From a virus: 46,683 bases of DNA. Shown here piece by piece: positions 24,993 through 34,930 of this stretch. The notes under the pieces were generated by a model that searched no databases, was not told the origin of the DNA, and worked only from the letters and a program-made list of their open reading frames with translations. Location: IMG/VR virus record IMGVR_UViG_3300045988_122518; one strand, written 5' to 3'. The stretch's first letter is position 1, and the number at the start of each line of letters is the position of its first letter. Both the position numbers and the translations under genes were made by a program.

Positions 24993-25166
24993 ATGAAGTT
25001 GGTAGAAAAGCCCTTCACTAAGGAAGATGCGGTTAAGGCTCTTGAAGTGATTGATACTTATGTTGATATGCTTGATTGGCAAGGTATCATTGATAACGAT
25101 GAGCTTGATGAACTTACTTTGAATATTTCAATTCTTGAAAGCTTTATTCGAAACGTAAAAGAATAA
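24993..25166 (+). CDS. ORFan (57 aa)
   Basis: ATG at the conserved distance from the leader RBS. Confidence 0.4.
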   Translation: MKLVEKPFTKEDAVKALEVIDTYVDMLDWQGIIDNDELDELTLNISILESFIRNVKE

Positions 25167-25200
25167 TCAATAAACATTAGTGAGAGAGGAAATAATAATT

Positions 25201-25500
25201 ATGGAGAAGTTTATTAACGCAATCGTTTTTGATGATGGCTATCACGATAAGTATGTCATCTGTGAAGGTGATATTCATAAGTATAGTTTCTGGCTTTTTG
25301 TTAATAAGATTGCAATTTGTCATAATGAAACTTATATTATTAAAACTATCCATTATGAAGACCTCGAAGAAAGCAATGTCGTAGAAGCCTTTGAAGCAAT
25401 GGATTCTTCTACTGAGTTGTTTCATACTGAAAAGACTGCGAAGGCTTTCGAAATTCTTTGGAATTGCGAAGATGCGGTTGAAGGCATTGATGTTTATTGA
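25201..25500 (+). CDS. ORFan (99 aa)
   Basis: RBS gagagaggaaataataattATG. Confidence 0.5.
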   Translation: MEKFINAIVFDDGYHDKYVICEGDIHKYSFWLFVNKIAICHNETYIIKTIHYEDLEESNVVEAFEAMDSSTELFHTEKTAKAFEILWNCEDAVEGIDVY

Positions 25501-25521
25501 GATTGTAAAGGGGTAATCAAT

Positions 25522-26118
25522 ATGTTTTATTTTGTTCGTTATACTGATAGTTGGGCTGATGAAATGACCATTGACGGTTTCTCCATTATGGACGAAAAGG
25601 AATATGAGCATTATGTTGCAACCGTAAATGCGATTATTGCGGATATTGAGAGCGGTCTGCCGTTTATCTATCAGGTTGGCTCCAATGAGGAAATTGAATA
25701 TAATAACGTCGATGACTTCCTTAGCGCATTTGAAACGTCTGAATTTGAAGAGTATCCCGAAGGCATCGAAATGGTCTTCGGTAAGAAGTTCCCTGAATTT
25801 GGGTTTTTCCCTTACGGGCAGATGCTTGATACTCTTTGGGATCGAGCTAATGGCCTCGAAGTTGGAGATAAAGAATTGATGGAAGAGTATTATCGCATTG
25901 ATTATTACAATTCTATCACTAAGGAACATGTTGGCGATCCTGTATATATTAAAGTAAGGGGATACTCTGAGATTGAGGTTGATGCTCAGATCGAATCTTT
26001 TGAGGAGCATTTTGCCACGGAATATTATAAACAGTATGGTGTATATGTCTATCCTGAGACGGGTCGGATTCCCGAAGACCTTTATAATAAGGAGATGAAT
26101 CTTAATGTCAACGACTAA
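25522..26118 (+). CDS. Acidic ORFan (198 aa)
   Basis: RBS aaaggggtaatcaatATG. Confidence 0.55.
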   Translation: MFYFVRYTDSWADEMTIDGFSIMDEKEYEHYVATVNAIIADIESGLPFIYQVGSNEEIEYNNVDDFLSAFETSEFEEYPEGIEMVFGKKFPEFGFFPYGQMLDTLWDRANGLEVGDKELMEEYYRIDYYNSITKEHVGDPVYIKVRGYSEIEVDAQIESFEEHFATEYYKQYGVYVYPETGRIPEDLYNKEMNLNVND

Positions 26119-26407
26119 GTATAAGAAGAGCGCGAAAGACCTTGCTTTTGAACGTGAGAAAGTTAAGCTTCAAGCACGTAATCTTCAACTTTGTAGAGAG
26201 CTTGCGGAAGCCCAAAAGGAGCTGGAAACCGCGAAGAAGGAACTTGAAGAGAGTCGTGCCCGCAATGCGGAACTCGTCTCCTATATTGAGGAAACTACTG
26301 GGTGTTGCCCTGAAACTCTCAAAAAAGATATCAAGAACCGCGAAATGATTGCGGGCTTGCTTCGTTTTTCCTCTCAGGCTATGATGTATGGAGGATTCGA
26401 ACTGTGA
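26105..26407 (+). CDS. Coiled-coil protein (100 aa)
   Basis: RBS aaggagatgaatcttaATG. Heptad-like KVKLQARNLQLCRELAEAQKELETAKKELEE. Confidence 0.5.
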   Translation: MSTTKYKKSAKDLAFEREKVKLQARNLQLCRELAEAQKELETAKKELEESRARNAELVSYIEETTGCCPETLKKDIKNREMIAGLLRFSSQAMMYGGFEL

Positions 26408-26568
26408 AAATTGGTATTGTAATTGGCGTTGCCTATGGGCTTTTGGCTATCTTTTTTACCTTTGTTGGAGCGTCAGGAGGCACTATCCCCTGGCCTATTA
26501 CCGTAGCTTTTGCCGGAATAATTTCTGCTTCTGGTTTTCTTGACGCTAACGATTGTCGGAGGAATTGA
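26404..26568 (+). CDS. 54-aa membrane mini-protein (GTG start)
   Basis: RBS ggagg 10 nt upstream. Overlaps the upstream stop. Confidence 0.3.
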   Translation: MKIGIVIGVAYGLLAIFFTFVGASGGTIPWPITVAFAGIISASGFLDANDCRRN

Positions 26569-26571
26569 TTT

Positions 26572-26757
26572 ATGACGAAATTTCTTATCGCTGGGTGTTA
26601 TACTTTCCTTACAACGTTCCTTTGTTTAGAGGGAATTCATGGGCATCCTATTCCTTGGATTACTCCGGTGCTTCTGTCTGGGGCTATTGCTTTTATATAT
26701 TGGTATGACTTTATAACCGAAGAAAAAGACACGGAGGATCCTCCTGATGAAAAGTAA
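26572..26757 (+). CDS. Small membrane protein (61 aa)
   Basis: RBS cggaggaattgatttATG. Confidence 0.45.
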   Translation: MTKFLIAGCYTFLTTFLCLEGIHGHPIPWITPVLLSGAIAFIYWYDFITEEKDTEDPPDEK

Positions 26758-26920
26758 TATTTTAGGCGGGCTTTGTTTCTCTGTTTTATGCGCTGGTGCT
26801 TGCCTTAATATTATGGAAGGTGTCGGCGTGGAGATTGCGGTTCCCGCACTAATTACTTGGTTGGTTCTGGCGTTCCGCTGTTTCTGGAACGCTTACGATG
26901 ATAAATATGGCGATGATTAA
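26747..26920 (+). CDS. 57-aa membrane mini-protein
   Basis: RBS acggaggatcctcctgATG. Terminator at 26921-26958. Confidence 0.35.
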   Translation: MKSNILGGLCFSVLCAGACLNIMEGVGVEIAVPALITWLVLAFRCFWNAYDDKYGDD

Positions 26921-27021
26921 AGACCTTATGTAAACCATAAGGTCTTTCTTTATTTTTATAAAAAAATATATTATAATATTTATAGAAAGTTAAAGAGAAG
27001 ATAAAAAAAGGAGAGACGCTT

Positions 27022-27294
27022 ATGCTTGGCACTGTTAATATTCCTTATTCTAAAATTAAAGAAGACATTGAGGACATTTGCGTTGAGTATGGTCATGGCG
27101 GTTATGATGTAATGACTTGTGATGAAAGCGCCGTTGATAAAATTATTGAATACTTTCATGCTAAGCGCGCATCTCAGCAATGGAATCTTTCTTGCGCTGA
27201 ATGGCCCAATAGAGAAGGCGGTGCTTGCTTTGTCTCTTGGATTGAGGAAGGTCATTTGTGCGGTTATGGATTTGATTATTTGATGGAGAATTAA
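27022..27294 (+). CDS. Cys/His-containing ORFan (90 aa)
   Basis: Class-2 promoter/leader, with -10 TATAAT at 26972-77. RBS aaaaaggagagacgcttATG. Confidence 0.5.
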   Translation: MLGTVNIPYSKIKEDIEDICVEYGHGGYDVMTCDESAVDKIIEYFHAKRASQQWNLSCAEWPNREGGACFVSWIEEGHLCGYGFDYLMEN

Positions 27295-27295
27295 T

Positions 27296-27547
27296 ATGGA
27301 AGTTAAATTTTATCACATTCAAACATACACCTGCTATTGTGGCGAAACAATAGATCATTTCTTTAAAGGCACGGAAAAAGAGATGGAACGATATGCGGAA
27401 TCTTGTGTTGAAGATGACGCTATGGAGTGGTGGGATCAGCAAAGCGAAGAAGACTTTTATGATGAGTATGACGCTTATCTTGCCGAATGTGGATACAATG
27501 TTTGGGAAGTCTCGGAAGAAGAATACGAAAAGTATAAGGAGTTTTAA
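27296..27547 (+). CDS. Acidic ORFan (83 aa)
   Basis: Coupled to the upstream gene; the start follows its stop by 1 nt. Confidence 0.5.
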   Translation: MEVKFYHIQTYTCYCGETIDHFFKGTEKEMERYAESCVEDDAMEWWDQQSEEDFYDEYDAYLAECGYNVWEVSEEEYEKYKEF

Positions 27548-27549
27548 TT

Positions 27550-27864
27550 ATGAAAACGATTTACGCTATTAGGGACAATGAAACTGAGGAGATTGTTCTT
27601 CTTACAGAAACTATTGATGATGCTCAGGAGACAGTTCTTTCTCTCCAAGAGGAGGCAATGTATGAGCGATTCCTTAGTGATACCGTGCGGTTCACCAGCT
27701 CTTATCTTACCATTAAGCCGGAAAAGTGGTGGACTGAGGTCGCCAGTTTGAAAGATTGGTATAGCAAGCTTCAAGCAATGCGGTCTCCCTATATCACAAC
27801 CGAAGGTTTCGCAATTCAGTTCAAGAGCCATGAATATTATATTGAGGAGCAGACAATCTTATGA
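27550..27864 (+). CDS. ORFan (104 aa)
   Basis: RBS aaggag. Confidence 0.5.
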   Translation: MKTIYAIRDNETEEIVLLTETIDDAQETVLSLQEEAMYERFLSDTVRFTSSYLTIKPEKWWTEVASLKDWYSKLQAMRSPYITTEGFAIQFKSHEYYIEEQTIL

Positions 27865-28148
27865 AAAGAGTTCATTTAATATGGGATGAGTTTCGTCCCG
27901 TTTTAGCTTGCAGTGATCTTTCAGACGCATATGAAATGCTTCTTTCTTTTTATGAAGAAAGAACTTATGATGATTTTCTTTGGTCTTGTGTTTATCATGA
28001 TTTGTCCATTGAGGATTATTTTGATAGTATGAAATGTTCTTTTGAGCTATATAATAAGTATAATAACTCTAAGAAATATGAAACACTTGAAGCTTATATT
28101 TTAGAGGATGAAAAACATTTTAGCATAGTTAGTATGTGGGAGGTGTAA
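27861..28148 (+). CDS. ORFan (95 aa)
   Basis: ATGA overlap. Confidence 0.5.
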   Translation: MKRVHLIWDEFRPVLACSDLSDAYEMLLSFYEERTYDDFLWSCVYHDLSIEDYFDSMKCSFELYNKYNNSKKYETLEAYILEDEKHFSIVSMWEV

Positions 28149-28151
28149 AGT

Positions 28152-28871
28152 ATGGTAGCTCCGAGTTTTCAGAAATTTGAATTCATTGGCGATGTGTATG
28201 TGTCTGCGGGAAAGAAATATATCCAGGTGAAGAACCCGAAAACCGGGACTATTCGCCAGGTGCGTTGGTATGAAGACGCGGAGTATGCTAAGCTTTACCC
28301 TGAAAAATCCCAAGAGGTAGCAACTAAGATGGCTCCGCATCGTCAGGTTCTTGGGTTTGGCGATGCGGGCTACATCACGATTTTCAAAGGTAATTGTGAT
28401 GAAGAGAATGATTGGTTTAAGATGAGTTCCGCACGTTATACGCGGTTGTGGGGTTGGTATTTCCGCTCATGTGATGAGATTCCTGCGCTTCCCGCAGATG
28501 TTGAACCGATTCGTCTTGATTGGGATAAGGTTGGCGGAGCAGATGGTGAACTTTATCGTGAAGAAGTGGTAAAGCACGCGGTTGATGCCCTTGTGTATGA
28601 CGAGAGCTTGGCTCAGTGGATCGGCAACATTGGCGACCGCATTGACATTACCGTAAAGATTGATGATAAGCATGCTCTTGAAAGCAAGTATGGTCATACC
28701 ATTGCTTATTCTATGAGCGATGCCGATGGTAATCAGTTTATGTGGATTACTTCTTCCAAGAGTGATTGGACTGTTGGGAATACTTATCATATCCGCGGAA
28801 CCGTGAAATCGCAAGATGTTCGTAAGAATGTAAAGATTAACACGTTAACAAGATGTAGTGAGGTAAAATAA
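28152..28871 (+). CDS. ORFan protein (239 aa)
   Basis: RBS gggaggtgtaaagtATG. Confidence 0.55.
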   Translation: MVAPSFQKFEFIGDVYVSAGKKYIQVKNPKTGTIRQVRWYEDAEYAKLYPEKSQEVATKMAPHRQVLGFGDAGYITIFKGNCDEENDWFKMSSARYTRLWGWYFRSCDEIPALPADVEPIRLDWDKVGGADGELYREEVVKHAVDALVYDESLAQWIGNIGDRIDITVKIDDKHALESKYGHTIAYSMSDADGNQFMWITSSKSDWTVGNTYHIRGTVKSQDVRKNVKINTLTRCSEVK

Positions 28872-29047
28872 TGGAAATGGAACCTATTTATTGTGCGTAT
28901 GACACTTTGAATCCAACCATCAATCCTGATGGAACTGAGAAGCATTGGTGCAGTAGTTATAATACTTATATTTGTCTCAGGTGTCCTTCTCGGTTTGATG
29001 GTGAACGTATCAAAAATTATATGGAAAATAATCCGAAGGAGCATTAA
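28871..29047 (+). CDS. 58-aa Cys-containing mini-protein
   Basis: TAATG overlap. RBS gtgaggtaaaataATG. Confidence 0.35.
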   Translation: MEMEPIYCAYDTLNPTINPDGTEKHWCSSYNTYICLRCPSRFDGERIKNYMENNPKEH

Positions 29048-29050
29048 ATT

Positions 29051-29722
29051 ATGAAGAGATTTATTTGTGGTATTATTGCAATTATCCTTTGCCTTTCGTT
29101 GACCGCGTGCGACAGTCCAGAAACAACTACAATTACCGCCGAGCCGGAAGATGGCGACGTTAAGCTTTCTTTCCTCGCTACCTTTTATGATAATCACGGC
29201 GCCCAGTGGCTTCGGTGTGAAGGCGAGACCTTCGACATTAAGCCTAACAAGGTGAAGGAATGGGCTTATACTACTGATGGTAGTTGGGTTGGTTCGTATT
29301 CTCTTTCGTCAGTTGTAAGCATTGACATTGATGGCAAGAGTATTGAGAGTTGCGGTTCTACTATTGTTTTTGCGGATAGCCGTCTCACTCAGTATGATGT
29401 AGATATTCCCGCGGAAGCCTCGACTAATAGTGGCAATGGAGCTAGCATTTCCGCGCCTACCGACCGCAGTTGGGATGAGTATTGGGATCTTTCTTGGTGG
29501 TATTGGAAGTCTAAGGATTTGAATAATGCGGATACCGGCAGTAAGATTGTAGTAATTCAGTCTCAGATGGGCGACCCCATTTGTATGTTTACTGGTGATA
29601 ATATTTCTTGGAATATTCCGAAGAATCTTCCTAAGACTACTCAGTTAACGATTGATGATAAGGCAGTATATATTCATCGTGCGAATTTCGCCATTATTGA
29701 TACTGATTTATTCAACAATTAA
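29051..29722 (+). CDS. Lipoprotein (223 aa)
   Basis: Signal peptide MKRFICGIIAIILCLSLTAC with lipobox L-T-A-C. RBS aaggagcattaaattATG. Confidence 0.6.
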   Translation: MKRFICGIIAIILCLSLTACDSPETTTITAEPEDGDVKLSFLATFYDNHGAQWLRCEGETFDIKPNKVKEWAYTTDGSWVGSYSLSSVVSIDIDGKSIESCGSTIVFADSRLTQYDVDIPAEASTNSGNGASISAPTDRSWDEYWDLSWWYWKSKDLNNADTGSKIVVIQSQMGDPICMFTGDNISWNIPKNLPKTTQLTIDDKAVYIHRANFAIIDTDLFNN

Positions 29723-29741
29723 ATAAATTAAAAGTCCTTTT

Positions 29742-29770
29742 TTGATTTTTTATAAATATTATTATATAAT
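29742..29770 (+). promoter_or_regulatory. Class-2 promoter (TTGATT 29742-47, 17 bp, TATAAT 29765-70)
   Basis: Flanked by the inverted repeat aaagtcc...ggacttt. Confidence 0.5.
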
Positions 29771-29805
29771 ATTTATAGAAAGTTAAGAAAGGACTTTTTT
29801 TTTAT

Positions 29806-30090
29806 ATGACTTATATTTCTAAGCCTGTTGTGCGTCATGATCAGTTCATTGAATGGCTTCATGACACTTTCCCCGATTGGACTGAGGATGATATAAATGA
29901 TGTGGTGGAATTCCTTCTTGATTATGGTAATTATGTAGAAATTCGTTTTATTGGCAATGACGAAGATCTATCTATCTGCGATGAAGATGAATTTGAAGTC
30001 TTTGCCAATGTGAACCGCGTCTATGCGGAACTCCGCAAATTCTTTTGCTATACCGATTACAAGACCATGCTTGTATGTTGCGATTGGTAA
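29806..30090 (+). CDS. Tandem paralog 1 (94 aa)
   Basis: About 60% identical to 30124-30408 (LHDTFP.W.E.DI.DV...L......E..FI.NDEDLS..DEDE.E.FANVNRVYAELRK.FC.TDY...LVC..W). Confidence 0.55.
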   Translation: MTYISKPVVRHDQFIEWLHDTFPDWTEDDINDVVEFLLDYGNYVEIRFIGNDEDLSICDEDEFEVFANVNRVYAELRKFFCYTDYKTMLVCCDW

Positions 30091-30123
30091 AATAATGTAG
30101 GAAGTTAAGAGAGGACTTTTTTT

Positions 30124-30408
30124 ATGGATTATACTTTGAAACCTATTGTATATGGAAGTCAATTTAGAATTTGGCTTCATGATACTTTCCCCGAATGGTC
30201 AGAGAATGATATTGATGATGTTTTAGATATTATCCTTGGTGATTGGAGTTATACCGAAGTTTATTTCATCAACAATGATGAAGATTTATCTCTTGTTGAT
30301 GAAGATGAGCGCGAAATTTTCGCTAATGTGAATCGTGTTTATGCCGAGCTTCGTAAGGTCTTTTGTGACACTGACTATGTAAGTATTCTCGTATGTCGTA
30401 GTTGGTAA
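30124..30408 (+). CDS. Tandem paralog 2 (94 aa)
   Basis: See 29806-30090. Confidence 0.55.
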   Translation: MDYTLKPIVYGSQFRIWLHDTFPEWSENDIDDVLDIILGDWSYTEVYFINNDEDLSLVDEDEREIFANVNRVYAELRKVFCDTDYVSILVCRSW

Positions 30409-30420
30409 GATCTTTTTGAC

Positions 30421-30449
30421 ATTTTTAAAAAAATAATATATAATATATA
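30421..30449 (+). promoter_or_regulatory. Class-2 promoter (TTGACA 30421-26, 17 bp, TATAAT 30444-49)
   Basis: Near-identical to the promoter at 15415. Confidence 0.5.
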
Positions 30450-30477
30450 TAGAAAATAAGAAAAGAGGTTATTTACT

Positions 30478-30720
30478 ATGGAGTATCACTACATAGCTCA
30501 TGTTCATGCAGTAGACCCAGAAAAAGAAGATTTTCAGGGTGTAATGGTAGCCTCTGATTATTTGGAAGCAATTAAGCGTATTGTGTATTTCTATAAATAC
30601 GATATTGCTTTTGTGGAAATTATTATCGCTGATGATAAAACAGTTCCTTACCTTGGAGCGAAGATTACGTTTAGTCATCAGGCAATTTGCGATATATTAG
30701 GAGAGGATAACAATGATTGA
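30478..30720 (+). CDS. ORFan (80 aa)
   Basis: RBS agaaaagaggttatttactATG. Confidence 0.5.
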   Translation: MEYHYIAHVHAVDPEKEDFQGVMVASDYLEAIKRIVYFYKYDIAFVEIIIADDKTVPYLGAKITFSHQAICDILGEDNND

Positions 30721-30988
30721 AAAAGTAATCGCGATTCATAGTGAGCGCTATGGCTTGGTGTTTTGCACGGCTACTGAAACTTGGACTCCCGAGGAATTCA
30801 TTACCCATTTAGCTATTCCTCACAAGTCTCGTTATAAGATTCGTGAAATTTGGGAAATGGATTATCCCGAAGATGGTATTCATGCTCATATGATGGATAT
30901 TCTTATTAATAAAGATAAGGATGGCAAAGCTCATACTGAGTTTGATTTCTTCTGGGACGATAAAGATACATTGGAGTGGATGGAGTAA
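30713..30988 (+). CDS. ORFan (91 aa)
   Basis: Overlaps the upstream gene by 8 nt. Confidence 0.5.
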   Translation: MIEKVIAIHSERYGLVFCTATETWTPEEFITHLAIPHKSRYKIREIWEMDYPEDGIHAHMMDILINKDKDGKAHTEFDFFWDDKDTLEWME

Positions 30989-31149
30989 TGGATAATTTGT
31001 TTATGTGTTATGCGAATCACACTGAGGAACTTGAAAGAATTATCAAGGAAATTAGTGCTGGTGCAACGACTTTCCAGACTGAGCTCACTCTAACAGACAG
31101 CGATATGGAATATATCCGACGAGAAGTGGAGAGGAGACTAAATGGCTGA
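30988..31149 (+). CDS. 53-aa mini-protein
   Basis: TAATG overlap at 30986-30990. Confidence 0.3.
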   Translation: MDNLFMCYANHTEELERIIKEISAGATTFQTELTLTDSDMEYIRREVERRLNG

Positions 31150-32518
31150 ATCTAATGTAATGGGAACTTATAAATTCCCACCTAATGTCTTTGATAAAGT
31201 CTTAGATAAATTTAGTCAAGCAGTTCAAGATGGTAAGTATCATAAGCTTGATTACGTCTTTTGGCGTAAATTAAAGACTACTAAAAATAGTGTTAGGATT
31301 GTTGTCAAATCTGACCTTAATGGTAAAATTTTCTTTGATATTTTTCCTGATACTTATATTATGAATTCTTTCTTTGCTGACGGTATTGATGGTTCTTTTG
31401 GTGAATACTTAGTTGATAATGTTTGTAATATTTTTACAAATGATTATGCGATTGAATGTTCGGAAAAGTTTCTTGAATATAAGATGCGTAGAGCGAAAAA
31501 GACTACTGAAAAGAATAATAATATAAGCAAATATATCAAAGTATATGATAAGACGGATGATCTTGATTATACCAAAGTGTATGACAAGACAGGGTGGATG
31601 GCAGAATTTTCTTGCGCAAATACTATTTCTGACGAAGAAGCTCAGAAAATTCTTGGAGAGTTAAATACTACACCTATTACGATAGTTCCTGATAACGATT
31701 GTATGACTGGAAAGGTTGCTTCGATTAATTCTAACGCAATTTTTGCTACTTCTGCTACAACTACACTTGGTGGTCGAATTGACGCAATTGAAGATAAGTG
31801 CGCTATGATTGATAACGACTATATTGATGGTCGAATCAATAAAGTTTTGAACGAACAAAATACATTTAACAATAATGTTGATAATAAGAAAGGAAATAAG
31901 AAAATGAAGGCGTTTAATTTTGATTTTGGCCCCTGCACCACTGATAACATTCGTATGTCTATGTATGGCCTGGCCGTGAAGAACGCGAATGGCACTTGGG
32001 TTTCTTACAACCCTGAGAGTAAGGAGATTATCGACGTCGATATCTTCAACTTTGATGGCGGTAAGTTCCTTTACAAGATGCCGGTTGCCATCAAGGATAT
32101 CGCCCCTGGTATGGTTATTGTTCATAACCGCAAGGCTATGTTCGTAATTGAGGTTGGCGATAGCGGTATTACGGTTGTTGATCCGCAGGCCGGTGAGGAG
32201 AAGAAGATTCTTCCTACGAAGAATTGTTTCAACTTTAACTTCTATACTCGTGTTATTTCTCTGTTTGACTCTTTTATGAAGAGTCCTGAGAATGCGCCGA
32301 GTGTGGAGAATCCGTTCGGTAATATGCTTCCCCTTTTCATGATGAGTGAGAATAGTGGCGAGTTTGACATGAACACCATGCTGATGCTCTCTATGATGAG
32401 TGGTCAGGGTGGCATGGATTTCTCTAAGAATCCTATGATGATGTATTTCCTTATGAAGGACTCCAAGAACGCGGATGATCTTCTTCCGCTCATGTTCATG
32501 GGTAATCTTTGTAAGTAA
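31142..32518 (+). CDS. Large ORFan protein (458 aa) with a Met-rich C-terminus
   Basis: ATGGCTGA overlap with the upstream gene. Terminator at 32548-32582. Confidence 0.55.
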   Translation: MAESNVMGTYKFPPNVFDKVLDKFSQAVQDGKYHKLDYVFWRKLKTTKNSVRIVVKSDLNGKIFFDIFPDTYIMNSFFADGIDGSFGEYLVDNVCNIFTNDYAIECSEKFLEYKMRRAKKTTEKNNNISKYIKVYDKTDDLDYTKVYDKTGWMAEFSCANTISDEEAQKILGELNTTPITIVPDNDCMTGKVASINSNAIFATSATTTLGGRIDAIEDKCAMIDNDYIDGRINKVLNEQNTFNNNVDNKKGNKKMKAFNFDFGPCTTDNIRMSMYGLAVKNANGTWVSYNPESKEIIDVDIFNFDGGKFLYKMPVAIKDIAPGMVIVHNRKAMFVIEVGDSGITVVDPQAGEEKKILPTKNCFNFNFYTRVISLFDSFMKSPENAPSVENPFGNMLPLFMMSENSGEFDMNTMLMLSMMSGQGGMDFSKNPMMMYFLMKDSKNADDLLPLMFMGNLCK

Positions 32519-32647
32519 ATATAATAAAACCCCTTTCGCAAGAAAGCCCTTTGATTGACCGCAAAGGGCTTTCTTTATTTTTATAAAAAAATATAATATA
32601 ATATATATATAAAGTTAAGAAAGATATTAAAAAGAGGTTGATAAGAT

Positions 32648-34252
32648 ATGGCTAATTTATTTGAGCTCCTTTCCAAAGAAGATTGTGAAAAGATTGAAGG
32701 ATATATCCGTAATTTTGCGGGTCTCGGTGGAGATAGTTCCGATATGAAGGCATCTCTCGATTACATTCTCCGCTTTTGGGCTTATAATAAGCAGAATCTT
32801 TACAAGATGTTGGGAGATAATCTTATCATTTCTCGTAAGGTAAGTTATTCTCGCTCTTATGAAGAGATGAGTGAGGATTTTTATGATTATTTCGGTCGAA
32901 ATAGTGATGGATATGAATTCCGAGATACCTTTAATAATAAGGTAAGAGATCTTTATCTCAGGACAACCATCTCTAATACTCAGTATCTTAATTTGGCAAG
33001 TCTTTTGGATGTTGATCCTTTAATGTCTAATATTTATGATGGTGAATCTTTTAAATTCACTTATAACAATAAAACTCTTATGATTAATAAGGGTATGAAG
33101 CTTAGCAAGATGCTTGGTAAGATGAGTGATATCTTGGAGATTGACCGCGATATCTATGAAAAGTTCCGTATTGCTCATTCTCAGTTCCTTAATCAGAAAA
33201 ATATTTCTGGCGAACTTTGTCTTTCTGTTCATCCTCTTGACTATATCACTATGAGTGATAATAATTGCGGTTGGGATTCTTGTATGAGATGGCAGAATGG
33301 TGGTGGCGAATATCGTCAGGGAACCGTTGAGATGATGAATTCTCCCATTATCCTCGAAGCTTATCTTAAATCTGATAAGGATATGGAAATTTGGTATAAA
33401 GTTGGTAAGCCTGTGATGTGGAATAGTAAGCGCTGGCGTGAGCTTTTCATTGTAGATAAAAGCCTTATTCTTGGTATCAAGGGTTATCCTTATTGTAATG
33501 AAAATCTTGAAAGCATTTGTCTCGCTTGGATCAAGAAGCTCGCTGAACAGAATCTTGGCTTTGGTCCTTATACCAAGTATTTAAATAAGATTCAGAATTA
33601 CAGTAATAATATTATTGGTGAGTTTGATAGAAATATTTATTTCAATCTTGATACCAATTTCATGTATAACGATATCTATTCAGAGCATAATGCTTACGTT
33701 TCCACTAAGATTCCTACGGACGAAAACATTGATCTTAACTACTCGGGTGAATCTGAGTGTATGTGTTGTGGAGAGCTTCTTGATGATTCTCTCTTCGATG
33801 ATAGAGAGAATAACGCGGAAATGACTATCTGTCCAAGTTGCTCGGGTGCAGTAAAGTGCGATAAGTGTGGCGATATTGTTTATGTCGATGACACTTATAA
33901 TGTCGATGGAAAAACTTACTGCGCTTATTGTTATGATGAAAGTACAGAAATTTGTCCTTGTTGCAGAGTCCGCAAAGATTATGATGACATGAAGCAAATC
34001 CGCCTCCGATTCCAGAAGAAGCCAGTTGGATTCTATGTGGATATTTGTTGGGATTGTTGTGGAGATAAAAAAGTAAAAACCTTTTTCAGTGGTGAAATTG
34101 AAGAAGACAGAGACGGTTGGCGCTCCAATTATTATGTCGATGGAGAAACTCTCACTAAAAAGGGTAGAGACCTCTTTGATATCAATGAAAAGGAGTTTAT
34201 TTCTTGGGTTAATGGCACTAACCCAAATCAAAGACCTTCTTTGATTTTTTAA
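32648..34252 (+). CDS. Large protein (534 aa) with a C-terminal multi-CxxC zinc-ribbon cluster; paralog of 36760-38190
   Basis: Shares a core (L/C)SVHPLD(Y/F)...W(D/R)SC...GEYR(Q/A)G...NSK(R/K)WR with 36760-38190. C-terminus has CMCCGE, CPSCSG, CDKCG, CAYC, CPCC, CWDCCG. Confidence 0.55.
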   Translation: MANLFELLSKEDCEKIEGYIRNFAGLGGDSSDMKASLDYILRFWAYNKQNLYKMLGDNLIISRKVSYSRSYEEMSEDFYDYFGRNSDGYEFRDTFNNKVRDLYLRTTISNTQYLNLASLLDVDPLMSNIYDGESFKFTYNNKTLMINKGMKLSKMLGKMSDILEIDRDIYEKFRIAHSQFLNQKNISGELCLSVHPLDYITMSDNNCGWDSCMRWQNGGGEYRQGTVEMMNSPIILEAYLKSDKDMEIWYKVGKPVMWNSKRWRELFIVDKSLILGIKGYPYCNENLESICLAWIKKLAEQNLGFGPYTKYLNKIQNYSNNIIGEFDRNIYFNLDTNFMYNDIYSEHNAYVSTKIPTDENIDLNYSGESECMCCGELLDDSLFDDRENNAEMTICPSCSGAVKCDKCGDIVYVDDTYNVDGKTYCAYCYDESTEICPCCRVRKDYDDMKQIRLRFQKKPVGFYVDICWDCCGDKKVKTFFSGEIEEDRDGWRSNYYVDGETLTKKGRDLFDINEKEFISWVNGTNPNQRPSLIF

Positions 34253-34269
34253 AAAAAATAATATATAAT
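34241..34269 (+). promoter_or_regulatory. Class-2 promoter (TTGATT 34241-46, 17 bp, TATAAT 34264-69)
   Basis: Upstream of the paralog C gene. Confidence 0.45.
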
Positions 34270-34342
34270 ATTTATGTAAGGTAAAGGAAGAGATGCTTCC
34301 TAAAAATAAAATTGTTATTTATGAAAGGTTAAGGTAAAAATT

Positions 34343-34759
34343 ATGACTAATGAAATTAAAGTATCTAAGCGCGATTATCTGACCGCAATTATCGGAGCTA
34401 TGCATACTGGTGAGATCAAGTATGATCCCAATGACGTGATCGCATTTTGCGAGCATGAGATTGAGTTGCTTGATAAGAAGACTGCCAAGGCTAAGGAGCG
34501 TGCGGCCGCCAAGCGTGCTGAGGGCGATGAGTTGACTGAGCAGATTTATAATGTTCTTTATGACGACGAGTTTATGACCATCCCTGAGATCGTCAAGGCT
34601 CTCGGCGATGAGAGTGTTTCCGCACAGCGTGCCAGTTATCGACTCCGCACTCTTGTAGCTGAGAAGCGCGCGGAGAAGACTGAGGTTTCTATCCCGGGCG
34701 CTGATGGCGGTAAGGCTTCCAAGAAAGTGGCTTATAAGAAAATTGTCGCTGAGGACTAA
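34343..34759 (+). CDS. Paralog C of the 10980/13540 family (138 aa)
   Basis: Conserved block AFCEHEIELLDKKTAKAK. Terminator at 34786-34813. Confidence 0.5.
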   Translation: MTNEIKVSKRDYLTAIIGAMHTGEIKYDPNDVIAFCEHEIELLDKKTAKAKERAAAKRAEGDELTEQIYNVLYDDEFMTIPEIVKALGDESVSAQRASYRLRTLVAEKRAEKTEVSIPGADGGKASKKVAYKKIVAED

Positions 34760-34877
34760 GCATTAAATAATTAAATGGACTGAAAATTTTTCAGTCCATT
34801 TTTTCTTGTTATCTGCTCCGACCGGTGCTGGTCGCACATACCGAAAGTCCAAAAGTAAAAAGCCGTTTAGAATTTTC

Positions 34878-34906
34878 TTGACAAAATTAGAGTTTTTTGT
34901 TATAAT
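34878..34906 (+). promoter_or_regulatory. Early-type promoter cTTGACAaaattagagttttttgtTATAAT inside the late region
   Basis: TTGACA 34878-83 and TATAAT 34901-06 with a 17-bp spacer. Confidence 0.5.
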
Positions 34907-34930
34907 TATATTATAAAGGAGTGATATAAT

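Noticed and set aside
25177-26010. 277-aa minus-strand ORF
   Set aside because: Low-complexity I/F/N-rich translation, antisense to three plus-strand genes that have good RBSs. No RBS of its own. A typical AT-rich antisense artefact.
31661-34231. Minus-strand ORFs 31661-32125, 33020-33232 and 33680-34231
   Set aside because: Antisense to long, well-supported plus-strand genes, with low-complexity translations.
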